Below are positions 37,943-48,287 of a stretch of DNA of 64,000 nucleotides, in pieces. The notes beneath the pieces were generated by a model. It was not told the DNA's origin. It worked only from the letters and a program-made list of their open reading frames with translations, and made no database searches. Position 1 is the first letter of the stretch, and each line of letters begins with the position of its first letter. Position numbers and translations under genes: made by a program. The stretch is from an uncultured Planctomycetales bacterium (GTDB taxonomy: Bacteria; Omnitrophota; Gorgyraeia; Gygaellales; Profunditerraquicolaceae), in the NCBI GenBank assembly GCA_964603585.1, contig CAZRVK010000003.1, positions 67,693 to 131,692 of the forward strand, read 5' to 3'.

Positions 37943-37965
37943 TTTTTATAACACAAGTCAAAACA

Positions 37966-39669
37966 ATGATTTATTCCAAGCGCCAGATCATACAATTGTT
38001 GGTTCAAAAAGGCTTGCTGACCCTTCAGAAGACCGCGGAATTATTAAGTATGCATAAGCGCGGAAGTGGCCGGTTAAGTTTTTTGTTGGTTGAAAAAGGT
38101 TTTGTCCCAAAAGAGTCATTGTTAAGATTCATCAATGAAAATTTCCGCCTTCCCACTTTTGATGTTTCCCAGCTTACGATAACCCCCGAAGCTCTTAGTT
38201 CGATCCCCGAAGGGATTGCCCAGGAATACGGTATTTTCCCTCTGATGAAGAGTGATTCCGGACTCACGATTGGTTTAAGTGACCCTTTGGCTGTTTTTGA
38301 TCTGGAAGAGGTCAAAGAATTAAAGGATCAGAAGGTCAATCCTGTATTGGTGCCGGTGACAGAAATGGCGAAATTAGTGAAGAAACATTATGCCCGGCAG
38401 GGTTCTTCAGATGACAAAACGCAAGGTAGTGAACCGCTTAAAGGAAATAACGAAGAACAAAGCATGGAGGAGATTTTAGGCACTACTTTTTCCGATGTTT
38501 CTGTAAAGACGGAAGCCGAAATAGCGACTGCCGAACTGGTGCAGATAACCCAGGAGATGCCGATTGTCAAGGCCACTAACTTTATCCTGGATAAAGCCAT
38601 TGCCGCCAAGGCAAGCGATGTTTTGATTGAACCTCTTGAGACTTCAACCCGCATACGTTTACGCGTGGATGGGATATATCATAAGGTAGAAAGTTTACCC
38701 CGGTCATTCCACCCCTTTATTATCTCAAGGATCAAGGTTCTCTCTGATCTTGATATCGCTGAACATCGTTTCCCGCAGGACGGGCAATTCAAGATAAAAT
38801 TAAGGGATAAGGATGTTGATTTCCGCGTTTCAGTTTTTCCGACTATTACCGGGGAAAAGGTTGCCATAAGGATCCTTGATAAATCGCTGGGACTTTTGGA
38901 TATCGATAACCTGGGTTTAAGCCCGGAGGTGATAGAAGGTTTAAAGAAGGCATCTGCTTCTCCGCATGGGATGATGCTGGTTTGCGGGCCTACCGGTTCA
39001 GGGAAGACTTCTACGCTTTATTCGATACTTAAATATGTGCACAGCCCGGAAAAAAATATCATTACAGTCGAGGACCCTGTGGAGTACCAAATAAAAGGGA
39101 TCAATCAGGTCTCGGTAAATATCAAGACCGGCTTGAATTTTGCGCGATGTTTGCGGTCGATCTTAAGGCAGGATCCGGATATTATCATGATCGGGGAGAT
39201 CAGGGATTTTGAGACGGTTGATATTGCAATTAAGGCTGCGCTTACCGGACACTTGGTGTTAAGTACTTTGCACACCACTACAGCGGCCGGCACGATCGTC
39301 AGGCTTGTGGATATGGGGGTAGAGCCTTTTTTGATCAATGCCTCTTTATTGAGCATTGTTTCACAAAGGCTGGCGCGGAGGATTTGCCTGCAATGCAAGG
39401 AGCAGATTACCGGACAGGTGTATTTCCGCGGGCGCGGGTGTAAGGAATGTTTAAATACCGGGTACAAGGGCAGGGTGCTTTTGACCGAGGTTTTGCATAT
39501 GAGCCCGGCTATTCGCGATGAGATAGTTTCTGGCAAGTTGGAAGAAAAAAAGATCAAGGAGTTGTCACGCAAGGAAGGGATGAAAACTTTGCGCGAAGCC
39601 GGGGAGGAGCTGGCCCGTCAAGGCATTACCAGTATGGAAGAAGTATTCAGGGTTACCCCGATCGATTAA
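37966..39669 (+). CDS. pilB: Type IV pilus assembly / type II secretion ATPase (PilB/GspE family), paralogue 1
   Basis: N-terminal GspE_N-type domains. Walker A GPTGSGKTS. Asp/His boxes. Tetracysteine motif CLQC...CKEC. Confidence 0.8.
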   Translation: MIYSKRQIIQLLVQKGLLTLQKTAELLSMHKRGSGRLSFLLVEKGFVPKESLLRFINENFRLPTFDVSQLTITPEALSSIPEGIAQEYGIFPLMKSDSGLTIGLSDPLAVFDLEEVKELKDQKVNPVLVPVTEMAKLVKKHYARQGSSDDKTQGSEPLKGNNEEQSMEEILGTTFSDVSVKTEAEIATAELVQITQEMPIVKATNFILDKAIAAKASDVLIEPLETSTRIRLRVDGIYHKVESLPRSFHPFIISRIKVLSDLDIAEHRFPQDGQFKIKLRDKDVDFRVSVFPTITGEKVAIRILDKSLGLLDIDNLGLSPEVIEGLKKASASPHGMMLVCGPTGSGKTSTLYSILKYVHSPEKNIITVEDPVEYQIKGINQVSVNIKTGLNFARCLRSILRQDPDIIMIGEIRDFETVDIAIKAALTGHLVLSTLHTTTAAGTIVRLVDMGVEPFLINASLLSIVSQRLARRICLQCKEQITGQVYFRGRGCKECLNTGYKGRVLLTEVLHMSPAIRDEIVSGKLEEKKIKELSRKEGMKTLREAGEELARQGITSMEEVFRVTPID

Positions 39670-39689
39670 CCTTAAAGAGAAATTTATAT

Positions 39690-41396
39690 ATGGCTAAGAC
39701 CAAGATCAATTTAACTAAGATCCTTCTGGACTCCAAGAAGATATCTTCAGAGGACCTGGCAAAAGCGATATCAATCCAGAAAAAAACTGGACGTGAACTT
39801 AAACAGATATTGATAAGCGAGAACCTTCTCAATGAAGATGAGATCCTTTCTTTGATTGCCTACCATCTGAATGTCCCTTTTATCGACCCGACTAAATATG
39901 ATATTGATCCTCACGTGGTTACTTTGATCCCGGAGAGCCTGGCCCGCCGGTATGCCTTTTTCCCTCTATACAGAATAGGCGATACTTTACTGATTGTGGT
40001 TGCCGAACCTTTGGATATCCTTACACTGGATAATCTTCGTCTTTCTATTGGGTATGAGATCAAACAGGTTTTGGCTAAAGAAAAAATAATCGCTGATTGC
40101 ACGGATAATCTTTATGGGCAGGCCAAGTCACAGAGTTTGCCCGATATCCTTAAGTATGAAGAGTCTTTAGAGGTTGTGCGCATAAAAAAGCCTGAAGAAA
40201 GTGAATCTGCCGATTTGATCGAGGAAAGCCAGAAGGAGCCGATCATTCAGGCGGTTAATCATATTGTAGGAGAGGCCATAACCAAGCGCGCTTCCGATAT
40301 ACATCTTGAGCCTACCGAAGAAGATTTGACTATCCGTTACCGCATTGACGGCATATTGCATAAGGTTTATTCCTTGCCGAAAAAAACCCAGAGAGGCATA
40401 TGCGCACGGCTTAAAATACTTGCTAACCTGGATATTACCAAATTCTATTTACCTCAAGACGGCAGGTTTCAGCTCTCAAGCCACGGTAAACAAATAGATT
40501 TTCGTGTTTCTTCACTGCCGACTATTTTTGGGGAAAAGTTTGTTTTAAGGATATTGGACAAATCCAACGCCATGGTCAAACTTACTGATCTGGGGTTTTC
40601 GGAGCATTCGCTTCGCCTGCTTAAAGAGGGGATCGCTAAAGACCATGGGATGATCCTGGTCACCGGGCCTACCGGCAGCGGGAAATCCACGACCTTGTAT
40701 TCCATACTGACAGAGTTAAATACCGAATCCAGGCATATCGTTACTATCGAGGATCCTGTAGAGTATCAGCTCGAAGGGGTGGCGCAGACACCCATCCGTT
40801 CGGAGATAGATTTTACCTTTGCCCTTGCGCTTCGCGGACTTTTAAGGCAAAGCCCGGATGTAGTTATGTTAGGGGAGATCCGGGATGCCGAAACCGCTGA
40901 TATCGCCATTAAGGCTTCCTTGATTGGCCAGTTGATCTTAAGCACCTTGCATACTAATGATGCGATCACTGCCTTTGCCAGGCTTATTGATATGGGAGTA
41001 GAACGTTATTTGGTGGCTTCTTCCCTGGTTTTAATTTGTGCCCAGAGGCTTTGCCGTAAGATATGCCCGAAATGCAAAGAGCCTTTTATGAATGTTCCGG
41101 ATTATATGCTGCATGAATTGGGTATCCCTCCTAGCAAAGAGGTAAAATTCTATCAGGGTAAAGGCTGCAGTAATTGTTACAATACCGGGTATAAAGGCAG
41201 GGTGGCTTTATTGGAGGCGTTGGCGGTAGATGATTATATAAAGAGCCTGGTAATTAAAGAAGAACCTTTTGATCAGATCAAGGAATTTGCCATAAAAGAC
41301 GGCCGCCTGATCACTTTACGAAATGACGGGATCGCCAAGGCGCTTGCAGGCGTGACCACTATCGAGGAAGTATACAGGGTAACCGCAAAGGATTAA
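39690..41396 (+). CDS. pilB: Type IV pilus assembly ATPase (PilB/GspE/MshE family), paralogue 2
   Basis: Walker A GPTGSGKST. CPKC...CSNC. N-terminal GspE_N domains. 568 aa, so not a PilT-type retraction ATPase. Confidence 0.8.
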   Translation: MAKTKINLTKILLDSKKISSEDLAKAISIQKKTGRELKQILISENLLNEDEILSLIAYHLNVPFIDPTKYDIDPHVVTLIPESLARRYAFFPLYRIGDTLLIVVAEPLDILTLDNLRLSIGYEIKQVLAKEKIIADCTDNLYGQAKSQSLPDILKYEESLEVVRIKKPEESESADLIEESQKEPIIQAVNHIVGEAITKRASDIHLEPTEEDLTIRYRIDGILHKVYSLPKKTQRGICARLKILANLDITKFYLPQDGRFQLSSHGKQIDFRVSSLPTIFGEKFVLRILDKSNAMVKLTDLGFSEHSLRLLKEGIAKDHGMILVTGPTGSGKSTTLYSILTELNTESRHIVTIEDPVEYQLEGVAQTPIRSEIDFTFALALRGLLRQSPDVVMLGEIRDAETADIAIKASLIGQLILSTLHTNDAITAFARLIDMGVERYLVASSLVLICAQRLCRKICPKCKEPFMNVPDYMLHELGIPPSKEVKFYQGKGCSNCYNTGYKGRVALLEALAVDDYIKSLVIKEEPFDQIKEFAIKDGRLITLRNDGIAKALAGVTTIEEVYRVTAKD

Positions 41397-41401
41397 ATAT
41401 T

Positions 41402-44400
41402 ATGCCAGATTCGCAGGAAAATCTTATTTTCATCGATGACCTTACCGGATTATTCAACCGGCGGTATCTTTATTCACAATTGCCTAAAGATCTTGAAGAG
41501 GCGCGTATCAATAAACAGAACCTCTGGGTGTTCATGCTGGATATGGATGGCTTTAAAATGATAAATGACAGTTATGGCCATCTTAGCGGAGATGAGATAA
41601 TAAAAGACCTCTCGCTGATCATTAAAGAAAATACCAAGGTCAGTGATAAAAAGATACGTTATGCCGGAGATGAATTCACGATCATTATCCCGAATATCGA
41701 TGCCAAGGATGTTTTAGCTATTGCCGGCAGGTTAATTTCAAAGGTAGATACCCATCGTTTCCGGGAGAAGCATTCCGGGAAAGAGATACATGTTACTATT
41801 AGTGTCGGTATTGCCGGGTATCCTCAAGACAGCTCGGACCCTGTAGAATTGATCAATCTTGCCGATAAAGCCCTCTATATTTCGAAACAAAAAGGTAAGA
41901 ATTGCGCCTCTACTGTATCAGAGATCACTACGGATCTATTCTGGAAAAAAGGCCTTTTAGAAAGGTTTCCTTGTCCGGTTTTGGTCGGCAGGGAACATGA
42001 ATTTGAGGTGTTAAATGGCGCTTTAAAACAGGCATTTCTTTCTACGGCTTCATTTGTATTGATCAATGGCCCGCTTGGTGTGGGTAAAAGCCGCCTGCTG
42101 CATGAATTCGAAAGGTCTATTCGGCCTCAAGAAGCGTTGATCTTCTCCGCGAAATGCGAAGATAAGTTCCTGCTTCAGCCGTTTTATACCTTAGGGAGGC
42201 TTTTGAATGATTATTTCTTGAGCCTGGAAAAGATACCTTCGGATCTGTTCGAAGGACTGACTGGCACAGAAGCCAATGCCTTAACCGTTTTTATGCCTGT
42301 ATTAAAAGAGCCCCTTAAAAGCATTTCCAAGGCAACTGTTGATAAATATGAGGACACGGATTTGATCGAGGCTTTTATAAAGGTGCTGCATAATATTGCC
42401 AAAAAACTGCCTCTTTGTATGGTTTTTGATGATCTGCATTATCTGGATGTTCAAAGTTTGACTGTATTGGAACGTTTTTCACAATCCAGCCGGAAAGAAG
42501 CGGTTCTATTGTTAGCCGCTTTTTCCGATCAAGGGTTATCCATCGCAGGGATTGGGGAATCGCCTTTAGCTGATCTATTGAAAAAAGAACCATTCCAGGC
42601 GAACATCGAGGACCTTAATTTGTCCGCATTGAGCGAGCAACATGTCGAAAAAATGGTTTCAAGCATATTCTCCAACATTTTAGTGACTAAGGACCTGGCC
42701 GGCATAATTTATCAAAGGACAAAAGGTAACCCTCTTTTTGTGGAGGAGCTGTTGAAATACCTGATCGAGAAAGAATTTATATATTATAAGAATGGCAATT
42801 GGGCAATAAAACCTTTTACCGGAGAAAATTTGCCATCCTCCTTTGAAGAGGCGATCAAAAGCCGGCTTGCAGATTTAGATGATGAAACAAAATCCATGAT
42901 CGCTAAGGCCGCGGTTATTGGAGATGATTTTCAGGTCGACCTGCTGCATAAGATCGATAGTGATGACCGGGGATATGTCCTTGATCTTATGGAATCCGCC
43001 AAGAAGATAGGGTTGATCTATCAAAAAGGTGCATCCGGAAAAGATGAGTTCAGTTTCGCTACAGCAGAGATCAGGAATATACTTTTGAACGCTATCGGCA
43101 GTGAACAAACCAAACATCTTTATTCCCAGCTGGGAGATTTAAAAGAGCGCATCAATCCGGATAAACTTAATAGTATCGCCGGCGAGCTGTATTATAATTT
43201 CAAGAAGGCTCAAGACCAGGTGCGGGCTGATCAATACGCCATGGTCGCTAAAGAGGGTAAAGGTGCACTCTATGACCGGACGATGAGCTATGCACAATCG
43301 TTGATGGAAAGCTCTTCCCAGGAAAAAATGCTGGTGTCTTTGGATAAGAAGGTCTGGGGCCTTGTTCCGGCGGTGATAAAAGGGATATATATGGCCGGGG
43401 TCAATCTTATGCTTTATCCTCCTAATAATAAAATGTGCATTCAATCGGTTGAAGATGCGCATAAGAAACTTTCGGAGGTTTTTAGCGATGTGGATCTTTT
43501 AAATATCGCGGTGGTCGGACAGACGATTATTGTAAATAAAAAGAAAGTCGGCAAGGAACTGGCAAGTTTCTTTCTGGATTCATTTATTTCGGTCTTGCGG
43601 AATTTAGGGGTAGAGAGCATTTCCTTTCAAAAAGGTGTTGAGGTCGATGAGTTGGCTTCTTTTATCATGATCTTGAATACTCAAGGCAAAAGCGAAGCCA
43701 GTATTTCGGATATGTTAAAGGAAAAGAATGTCAGGCATATCCAGGTTAATGAAGTAACCTATGATATCGCAAAGAAAAAGACAAAGGAAAAAGAAAGCCT
43801 TGAAGAGATCATGCTGGTGGATTATCTTTTAGGCAAACTCCCTGCATCAGGGGATAAAATGGATCTGCCTGGGCAAGTCTCTGGGCATGCCAAGGAGATC
43901 GCCCAGGCTTTAGATAAGCTGGGCGAAGAAGCCAGTAAAAGCTCCGGAAAGAATAAGGAGGCAGTTAAAGCCGAGATTATGGCTAAAAGCATAGAGCGGC
44001 TTGGGCAGAAGGCGATTGAAAAAGGCCAGGATTTTGCCAAATATAAAGAAGACCTGGCTAAAACCATATTGTCCATGGAGCCTGCGTTAAGGGCGAATAT
44101 CTTTTCTCAAGAAGGTGCAGAGATCATCGGTAAGGATGATAAAAGAATCAATATTATGCATGAGTTAAGCCGTGAGCTCCCGGAAGACGTGATAGTGGAT
44201 GTATTAAAGAACCAGTATCTGCAAAAAGATACGGATATCTTAAAGATGAAGAATATGGTGGACAGGTTTTTATCCGATCCGGCAAAAAGAGAGAAAATCG
44301 CCCCTCTCTTGAAGAAAGAACTGAAGCAGTTAGGGGCAGAGCCGGAGGAGTGCGAGTGGATCCTGGATAGTTCTTCATGGGATAGTTTATCCGCAAGCGA

Positions 44401-45418
44401 TAAGGCAAAAAAGATCGTTGATCTGCCGATGAAGACATTGATCAAATTATTGCCTTTAGTAAATTTCGGTCAATTGATGAAAGAATTATTATCGCTGGGC
44501 GCTGATTCACAGATGGAGGCAGTTTGGGAAAAATTAATTAAGGCTTTTAAGGAAGAGCAGATCAATCCGGAAGTATTTGTAGGGTATTGCCGTGAGATCT
44601 TAGAAGTCCTGATGCAGCATCCGCAAAACAAGATGCTACCTCAATTCCTTTCCCGGCTGTTAAAGCTTTATGATGAAAAGGCGCAGAACCAGCAGGCGCT
44701 ATTTGCTGTGGTGACACCTTTTCTGGTAAAAATAACCGACATTTTCTTAAAAATAGAGAATTTCGCTTCAATAAAAGACATTTTGCGGGTTTACACGGAG
44801 AATCCTGCCGGTATCCAGGAGTATTCAAGAATTATCGAGATAGTCGCTGTTAACCTGGTAGATGACTTGGTAAAGAGGATTGATCTTGGCCATGATTGGC
44901 AGGGCGTAGCGCTTTGTGCAGGTTTATTAAGGCCTATTACCATAAAATTATTACTGGATAAGGCTTTATTCGAAACCGGTGTCCCGGAAGGTAAATATTT
45001 CGAAGCTTATTTACGAAGAAGGATGGTGGGAAAAGTCCTGGAGAACATGCCTGTTGCAGATCTTTTAGCTGTTATTAACGAAGGAATGTTCGATAACTCC
45101 AAGCCGTATATTGTCAAGAACCTGATTGAGATTATCGGGGCGATGGATAATCCCGAGGTGATCAAAGTTTTAAGTATTCCGCTTAAGAACCCCGATGCCA
45201 CGATCCGCAGAAAGGTAGTTTTTACTTTAAGCCGGATGCGGGATATAGAAAGCACCCGGCTTTTAGGATTAGCCCTGAAAGACGGGGATACGGCTTTACG
45301 CCAGGAGGCATTGCAGTATTTAAAAGCAAGAAAAGACGATTATAGTGTTAATTTGTTGCAGTCGTGTTTGCAGGATGAGAGTTTACCCGAGGATATCCGC
45401 GATGGGTTATCTAAATAA
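41402..45418 (+). CDS. GGDEF-domain (AGDEF variant) - STAND/AAA ATPase - HEAT-repeat protein, 1338 aa
   Basis: N-terminus LTGLFNRRY...DMDGFKMINDSYGH...RYAGDEFTIII (diguanylate-cyclase fold, A-site AGDEF). Walker A INGPLGVGKS. C-terminal PBS-lyase/HEAT repeats (EVIKVLSIPLKNPDATIRRKVVFTL...). Confidence 0.7.
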   Translation: MPDSQENLIFIDDLTGLFNRRYLYSQLPKDLEEARINKQNLWVFMLDMDGFKMINDSYGHLSGDEIIKDLSLIIKENTKVSDKKIRYAGDEFTIIIPNIDAKDVLAIAGRLISKVDTHRFREKHSGKEIHVTISVGIAGYPQDSSDPVELINLADKALYISKQKGKNCASTVSEITTDLFWKKGLLERFPCPVLVGREHEFEVLNGALKQAFLSTASFVLINGPLGVGKSRLLHEFERSIRPQEALIFSAKCEDKFLLQPFYTLGRLLNDYFLSLEKIPSDLFEGLTGTEANALTVFMPVLKEPLKSISKATVDKYEDTDLIEAFIKVLHNIAKKLPLCMVFDDLHYLDVQSLTVLERFSQSSRKEAVLLLAAFSDQGLSIAGIGESPLADLLKKEPFQANIEDLNLSALSEQHVEKMVSSIFSNILVTKDLAGIIYQRTKGNPLFVEELLKYLIEKEFIYYKNGNWAIKPFTGENLPSSFEEAIKSRLADLDDETKSMIAKAAVIGDDFQVDLLHKIDSDDRGYVLDLMESAKKIGLIYQKGASGKDEFSFATAEIRNILLNAIGSEQTKHLYSQLGDLKERINPDKLNSIAGELYYNFKKAQDQVRADQYAMVAKEGKGALYDRTMSYAQSLMESSSQEKMLVSLDKKVWGLVPAVIKGIYMAGVNLMLYPPNNKMCIQSVEDAHKKLSEVFSDVDLLNIAVVGQTIIVNKKKVGKELASFFLDSFISVLRNLGVESISFQKGVEVDELASFIMILNTQGKSEASISDMLKEKNVRHIQVNEVTYDIAKKKTKEKESLEEIMLVDYLLGKLPASGDKMDLPGQVSGHAKEIAQALDKLGEEASKSSGKNKEAVKAEIMAKSIERLGQKAIEKGQDFAKYKEDLAKTILSMEPALRANIFSQEGAEIIGKDDKRINIMHELSRELPEDVIVDVLKNQYLQKDTDILKMKNMVDRFLSDPAKREKIAPLLKKELKQLGAEPEECEWILDSSSWDSLSASDKAKKIVDLPMKTLIKLLPLVNFGQLMKELLSLGADSQMEAVWEKLIKAFKEEQINPEVFVGYCREILEVLMQHPQNKMLPQFLSRLLKLYDEKAQNQQALFAVVTPFLVKITDIFLKIENFASIKDILRVYTENPAGIQEYSRIIEIVAVNLVDDLVKRIDLGHDWQGVALCAGLLRPITIKLLLDKALFETGVPEGKYFEAYLRRRMVGKVLENMPVADLLAVINEGMFDNSKPYIVKNLIEIIGAMDNPEVIKVLSIPLKNPDATIRRKVVFTLSRMRDIESTRLLGLALKDGDTALRQEALQYLKARKDDYSVNLLQSCLQDESLPEDIRDGLSK

Positions 45419-45472
45419 AAGTGGTTTTTAACGCCGGGATGATTAAAACAGGAAACTTAAGCCAAATTAATC

Positions 45473-45500
45473 TTGTGATTATATTGTTTGCAGATATAAT
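45473..45500 (+). promoter_or_regulatory. Candidate promoter upstream of the MshEN-like gene
   Basis: TTGTGA (45473..45478), 16-nt spacer, TATAAT (45495..45500). RBS AAGAGG at 45506. Confidence 0.35.
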
Positions 45501-45519
45501 AAAGTAAAGAGGACATCAT

Positions 45520-46035
45520 ATGGGGAATGAGCGCCATAGCGAAAGAATAGTAGCCAAGAAGAACCTGATCGGTCAGATGCTGATCAGGCGCGGCTTAATT
45601 ACGGAAAAACAGCTTGAAGAGGCGTTAAATATACAGAAAAAGAACGGGGGTTTTTTAGGGGATATCCTGACCGAGAATAAGTTCGTTTCCCAGGAGATAT
45701 TGAGCCTGGTTTTAGCCAGCCAGACAGAAGTGGTTTATTTACCGATCGAGAAATATAAGATATCAAAAGAGGTTTTAGGTCTGATCCCCAGAGAGATAGC
45801 TTACAAATACCATTGTGTCCCCTTGGAGAAAATGGGTGATGTCCTGGCTATCGCCATGGTTAATCCTTTAGATAAGGCGGCGACGCTTGAGATAGAGAAA
45901 GTGTCCCATTATAAACTGGTTTCGATGATCGGGACCAAGGAGCAGATCGAGAAGGCCTTGCAGGATAACTATCCAGTATCAGGAGATGTCGAGGACAGCT
46001 CTATTGTAAAATCAAAGGAGAATCCGGATGCCTAA
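45520..46035 (+). CDS. Stand-alone GspE/MshE N-terminal-domain (MshEN-like) protein, candidate c-di-GMP receptor
   Basis: LIGQMLIRRGLITEKQLEEALNIQKKNGGFLGDIL matches the MshEN RLGxxLxxxGxIxxxQLxxAL signature. Confidence 0.55.
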   Translation: MGNERHSERIVAKKNLIGQMLIRRGLITEKQLEEALNIQKKNGGFLGDILTENKFVSQEILSLVLASQTEVVYLPIEKYKISKEVLGLIPREIAYKYHCVPLEKMGDVLAIAMVNPLDKAATLEIEKVSHYKLVSMIGTKEQIEKALQDNYPVSGDVEDSSIVKSKENPDA

Positions 46036-47251
46036 GTTTATTTATACTGCAAAAGATAAAGAATCACGCCCGATCAACGGAACCATGGATGCCCAGGATA
46101 AAGCCAGTGTTATCCATGAACTAAAAAAGAATAATTTAACCATTATTGATGTAGTTTTGGAAGAAACCCAGAAGAAGTCTGCCCCGGGCCTGCATCCAAA
46201 ACAGCCTAAAGGCAAGGTAAAGCCGATGGACCTGGTGGTTTTATCCCGCCAGTTAGCGACGTTGATCGATTCGGGGGTTTCTCTTATTACCGGGTTGAAC
46301 ATACTCCATGACCAGGTAGAAAACCCCTATCTTAAGAAAATCGTGGTGAATATTAAAAGTGATATTGAGGCCGGGAACAGTTTATCCGCTTCTTTTGCAA
46401 AATACCCTGATGCCTTTCCCAGTATATTCGAGAATATGATAAGAGCCGGGGAATCCAGCGGCAGTTTGAATGAGATCCTTGAGAGGGTGGCGGATTATCT
46501 TGAACGGACAGAGAACCTTCGGCGTAAAATAACCTCAAGCCTTACCTATCCGATACTGATTTTGAGCATGGCCGGGATTATTGTAGCATTCTTGCTGCTT
46601 AAGGTTGTCCCGACATTCAAGAGTATTTTTACCAGCCTTGGAGGAGACCTGCCTGCCCCGACACAGTTATTGGTGACTATAAGCGATGTGGGGGTAAAAT
46701 TCTTCCCGTTTGTTGTGGTTATCGGGGTAGTTGCTTATATTTCTTTTGTGAAGTTCATTAACAGCCCAAAAGGCAGGATCAAATTCGATGCCTTTAAGCT
46801 GGATATGCCGGTGTTTGGCCAGATAGTCAAAAAGATCGCGATCAGCAAGTTTGCCCGGACCCTGGCTACTTTAGTAAAAAGCGGGGTAAGTATTTTAGAG
46901 GCATTTGAGATCGCCGGTAAAGTCTCCGGCAATAAGGTGATCGAGTTGGCTACGGAACAGATCCGGACTAATATGCGCGCAGGAGAGACGATCTCTGCCC
47001 CTATGGAGCAAACAGGGAAGTTTCCTCCGTTTGTCGTAAAAATGATCGCGGTAGGAGAACAAACCGGCGAGTTGGAAAGAATGCTTACGAAGATCTCGGA
47101 TTATTATGAAGTGCAGGTTACCGATTCCCTTAATGAGCTTACCTCGTTGATCGAGCCGCTGGTAATTTCATTTATGGGTGTTACTATAGGTTTTATTGTT
47201 GTGGCGATGTTTATGCCAATATTTAATCTGACTAAGCTCATCAATAAATGA
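46028..47251 (+). CDS. pilC: Type IV pilus inner-membrane platform protein PilC/GspF
   Basis: Two T2SSF repeats (…GSLNEILERVADYLE… / …GELERMLTKISDYYE…). Three TM segments. Confidence 0.8.
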   Translation: MPKFIYTAKDKESRPINGTMDAQDKASVIHELKKNNLTIIDVVLEETQKKSAPGLHPKQPKGKVKPMDLVVLSRQLATLIDSGVSLITGLNILHDQVENPYLKKIVVNIKSDIEAGNSLSASFAKYPDAFPSIFENMIRAGESSGSLNEILERVADYLERTENLRRKITSSLTYPILILSMAGIIVAFLLLKVVPTFKSIFTSLGGDLPAPTQLLVTISDVGVKFFPFVVVIGVVAYISFVKFINSPKGRIKFDAFKLDMPVFGQIVKKIAISKFARTLATLVKSGVSILEAFEIAGKVSGNKVIELATEQIRTNMRAGETISAPMEQTGKFPPFVVKMIAVGEQTGELERMLTKISDYYEVQVTDSLNELTSLIEPLVISFMGVTIGFIVVAMFMPIFNLTKLINK

Positions 47252-47700
47252 GAAAAAAGGCGTTTACCCTTTTTGAGATCATGGTTTCTTCGATCATCCT
47301 TGTGGGGGTATTATTAGGGATATTCAGCCTTTTAATTTATTGCAATGGATTAGAGGAGACGTCGGTTAATATCTCTACCGCGATTTCGCAGGTGCGGACA
47401 AAATTCGAAGAGATAAAGGCCACGCCTTTCGATAATATTATCGGCAGTTTCAATAATCAGGAATCCGCGATAACCGGCATTATTAACGGCAAGATCCTTA
47501 CCACTGCATCTTATGCCGCAGGCAGTAATAACCGCCTGATTAATATCCGGATCGTTGCCGCCTGGCCGCAGCACGGCAACCGGATTATCGGCGAAGGCCG
47601 GTGGGACCAGGGGGTGTTCTCTTTCTTTGATCAAAATAACAATTCCCGGATAGATTCTCCGGTTGAGATATCCACGGCAATAGCAAAAAAACAAGAATGA
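47248..47700 (+). CDS. Prepilin-type N-terminal-domain protein (pilin/pseudopilin), Ala at -1
   Basis: MRKKAFTLFEIMVSSIILVGVLLGIF matches the class III signal F-T-L-x-E, but with KAFTL instead of GFTL. Confidence 0.65.
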   Translation: MRKKAFTLFEIMVSSIILVGVLLGIFSLLIYCNGLEETSVNISTAISQVRTKFEEIKATPFDNIIGSFNNQESAITGIINGKILTTASYAAGSNNRLINIRIVAAWPQHGNRIIGEGRWDQGVFSFFDQNNNSRIDSPVEISTAIAKKQE

Positions 47701-48224
47701 GAAAAAAGGCCTTTACTCTTATTGAGGTCATGATCTCTCTGGTGCTGTTCGGGGCGATATTAGGCACGGTGTTTCTGGTTTTAAACAGCAATAAACAGAT
47801 GCTTGATCTTGGTTTTGCAAAGCAGGAAATTGAAAACCAGGCCCGCCAGGCATTGGAGCAGATGATCAATGACCTTTACGGGACCAATGCCGGAAAAGTG
47901 CAAATCTCTGCCGGAAACATAATCTTTCAGGTCCCGGTTGGCTATGATGCCAGCGGTAATATGCTTTGGGGCGCAGAATCCCAGGCCGGTAATAAGATCC
48001 AGTTTATCTTAGATACAAACAGCCGAAGTGTCTTGCGCAGGATCCTGGATTCCTCTAATAACCCCATAGCAAATTCCCCGATAAGGGTTTTATCAACTAA
48101 TACTCAAAATCTGGCATTTACTGTCTCCGGAAGCACATTGGATATTTCGATAACTAACCAGAAGAATGCGCGGCGGGGGCCTTTATCCCATACGCAGTCG
48201 TCCAAAGTAAACTTCAGGAATTAG
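47697..48224 (+). CDS. Prepilin-type N-terminal-domain protein (pilin/pseudopilin), Ala at -1
   Basis: MRKKAFTLIEVMISLVLFGAILGTVF. The 5' 50 nt are near-identical to the upstream gene, indicating tandem duplication. Confidence 0.65.
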   Translation: MRKKAFTLIEVMISLVLFGAILGTVFLVLNSNKQMLDLGFAKQEIENQARQALEQMINDLYGTNAGKVQISAGNIIFQVPVGYDASGNMLWGAESQAGNKIQFILDTNSRSVLRRILDSSNNPIANSPIRVLSTNTQNLAFTVSGSTLDISITNQKNARRGPLSHTQSSKVNFRN

Positions 48225-48287
48225 CCGAAAATGCCCTTTGGAATTACAAGATGAGTGCATGCTATACTTTTTCTAAGGAGTTAGCAG

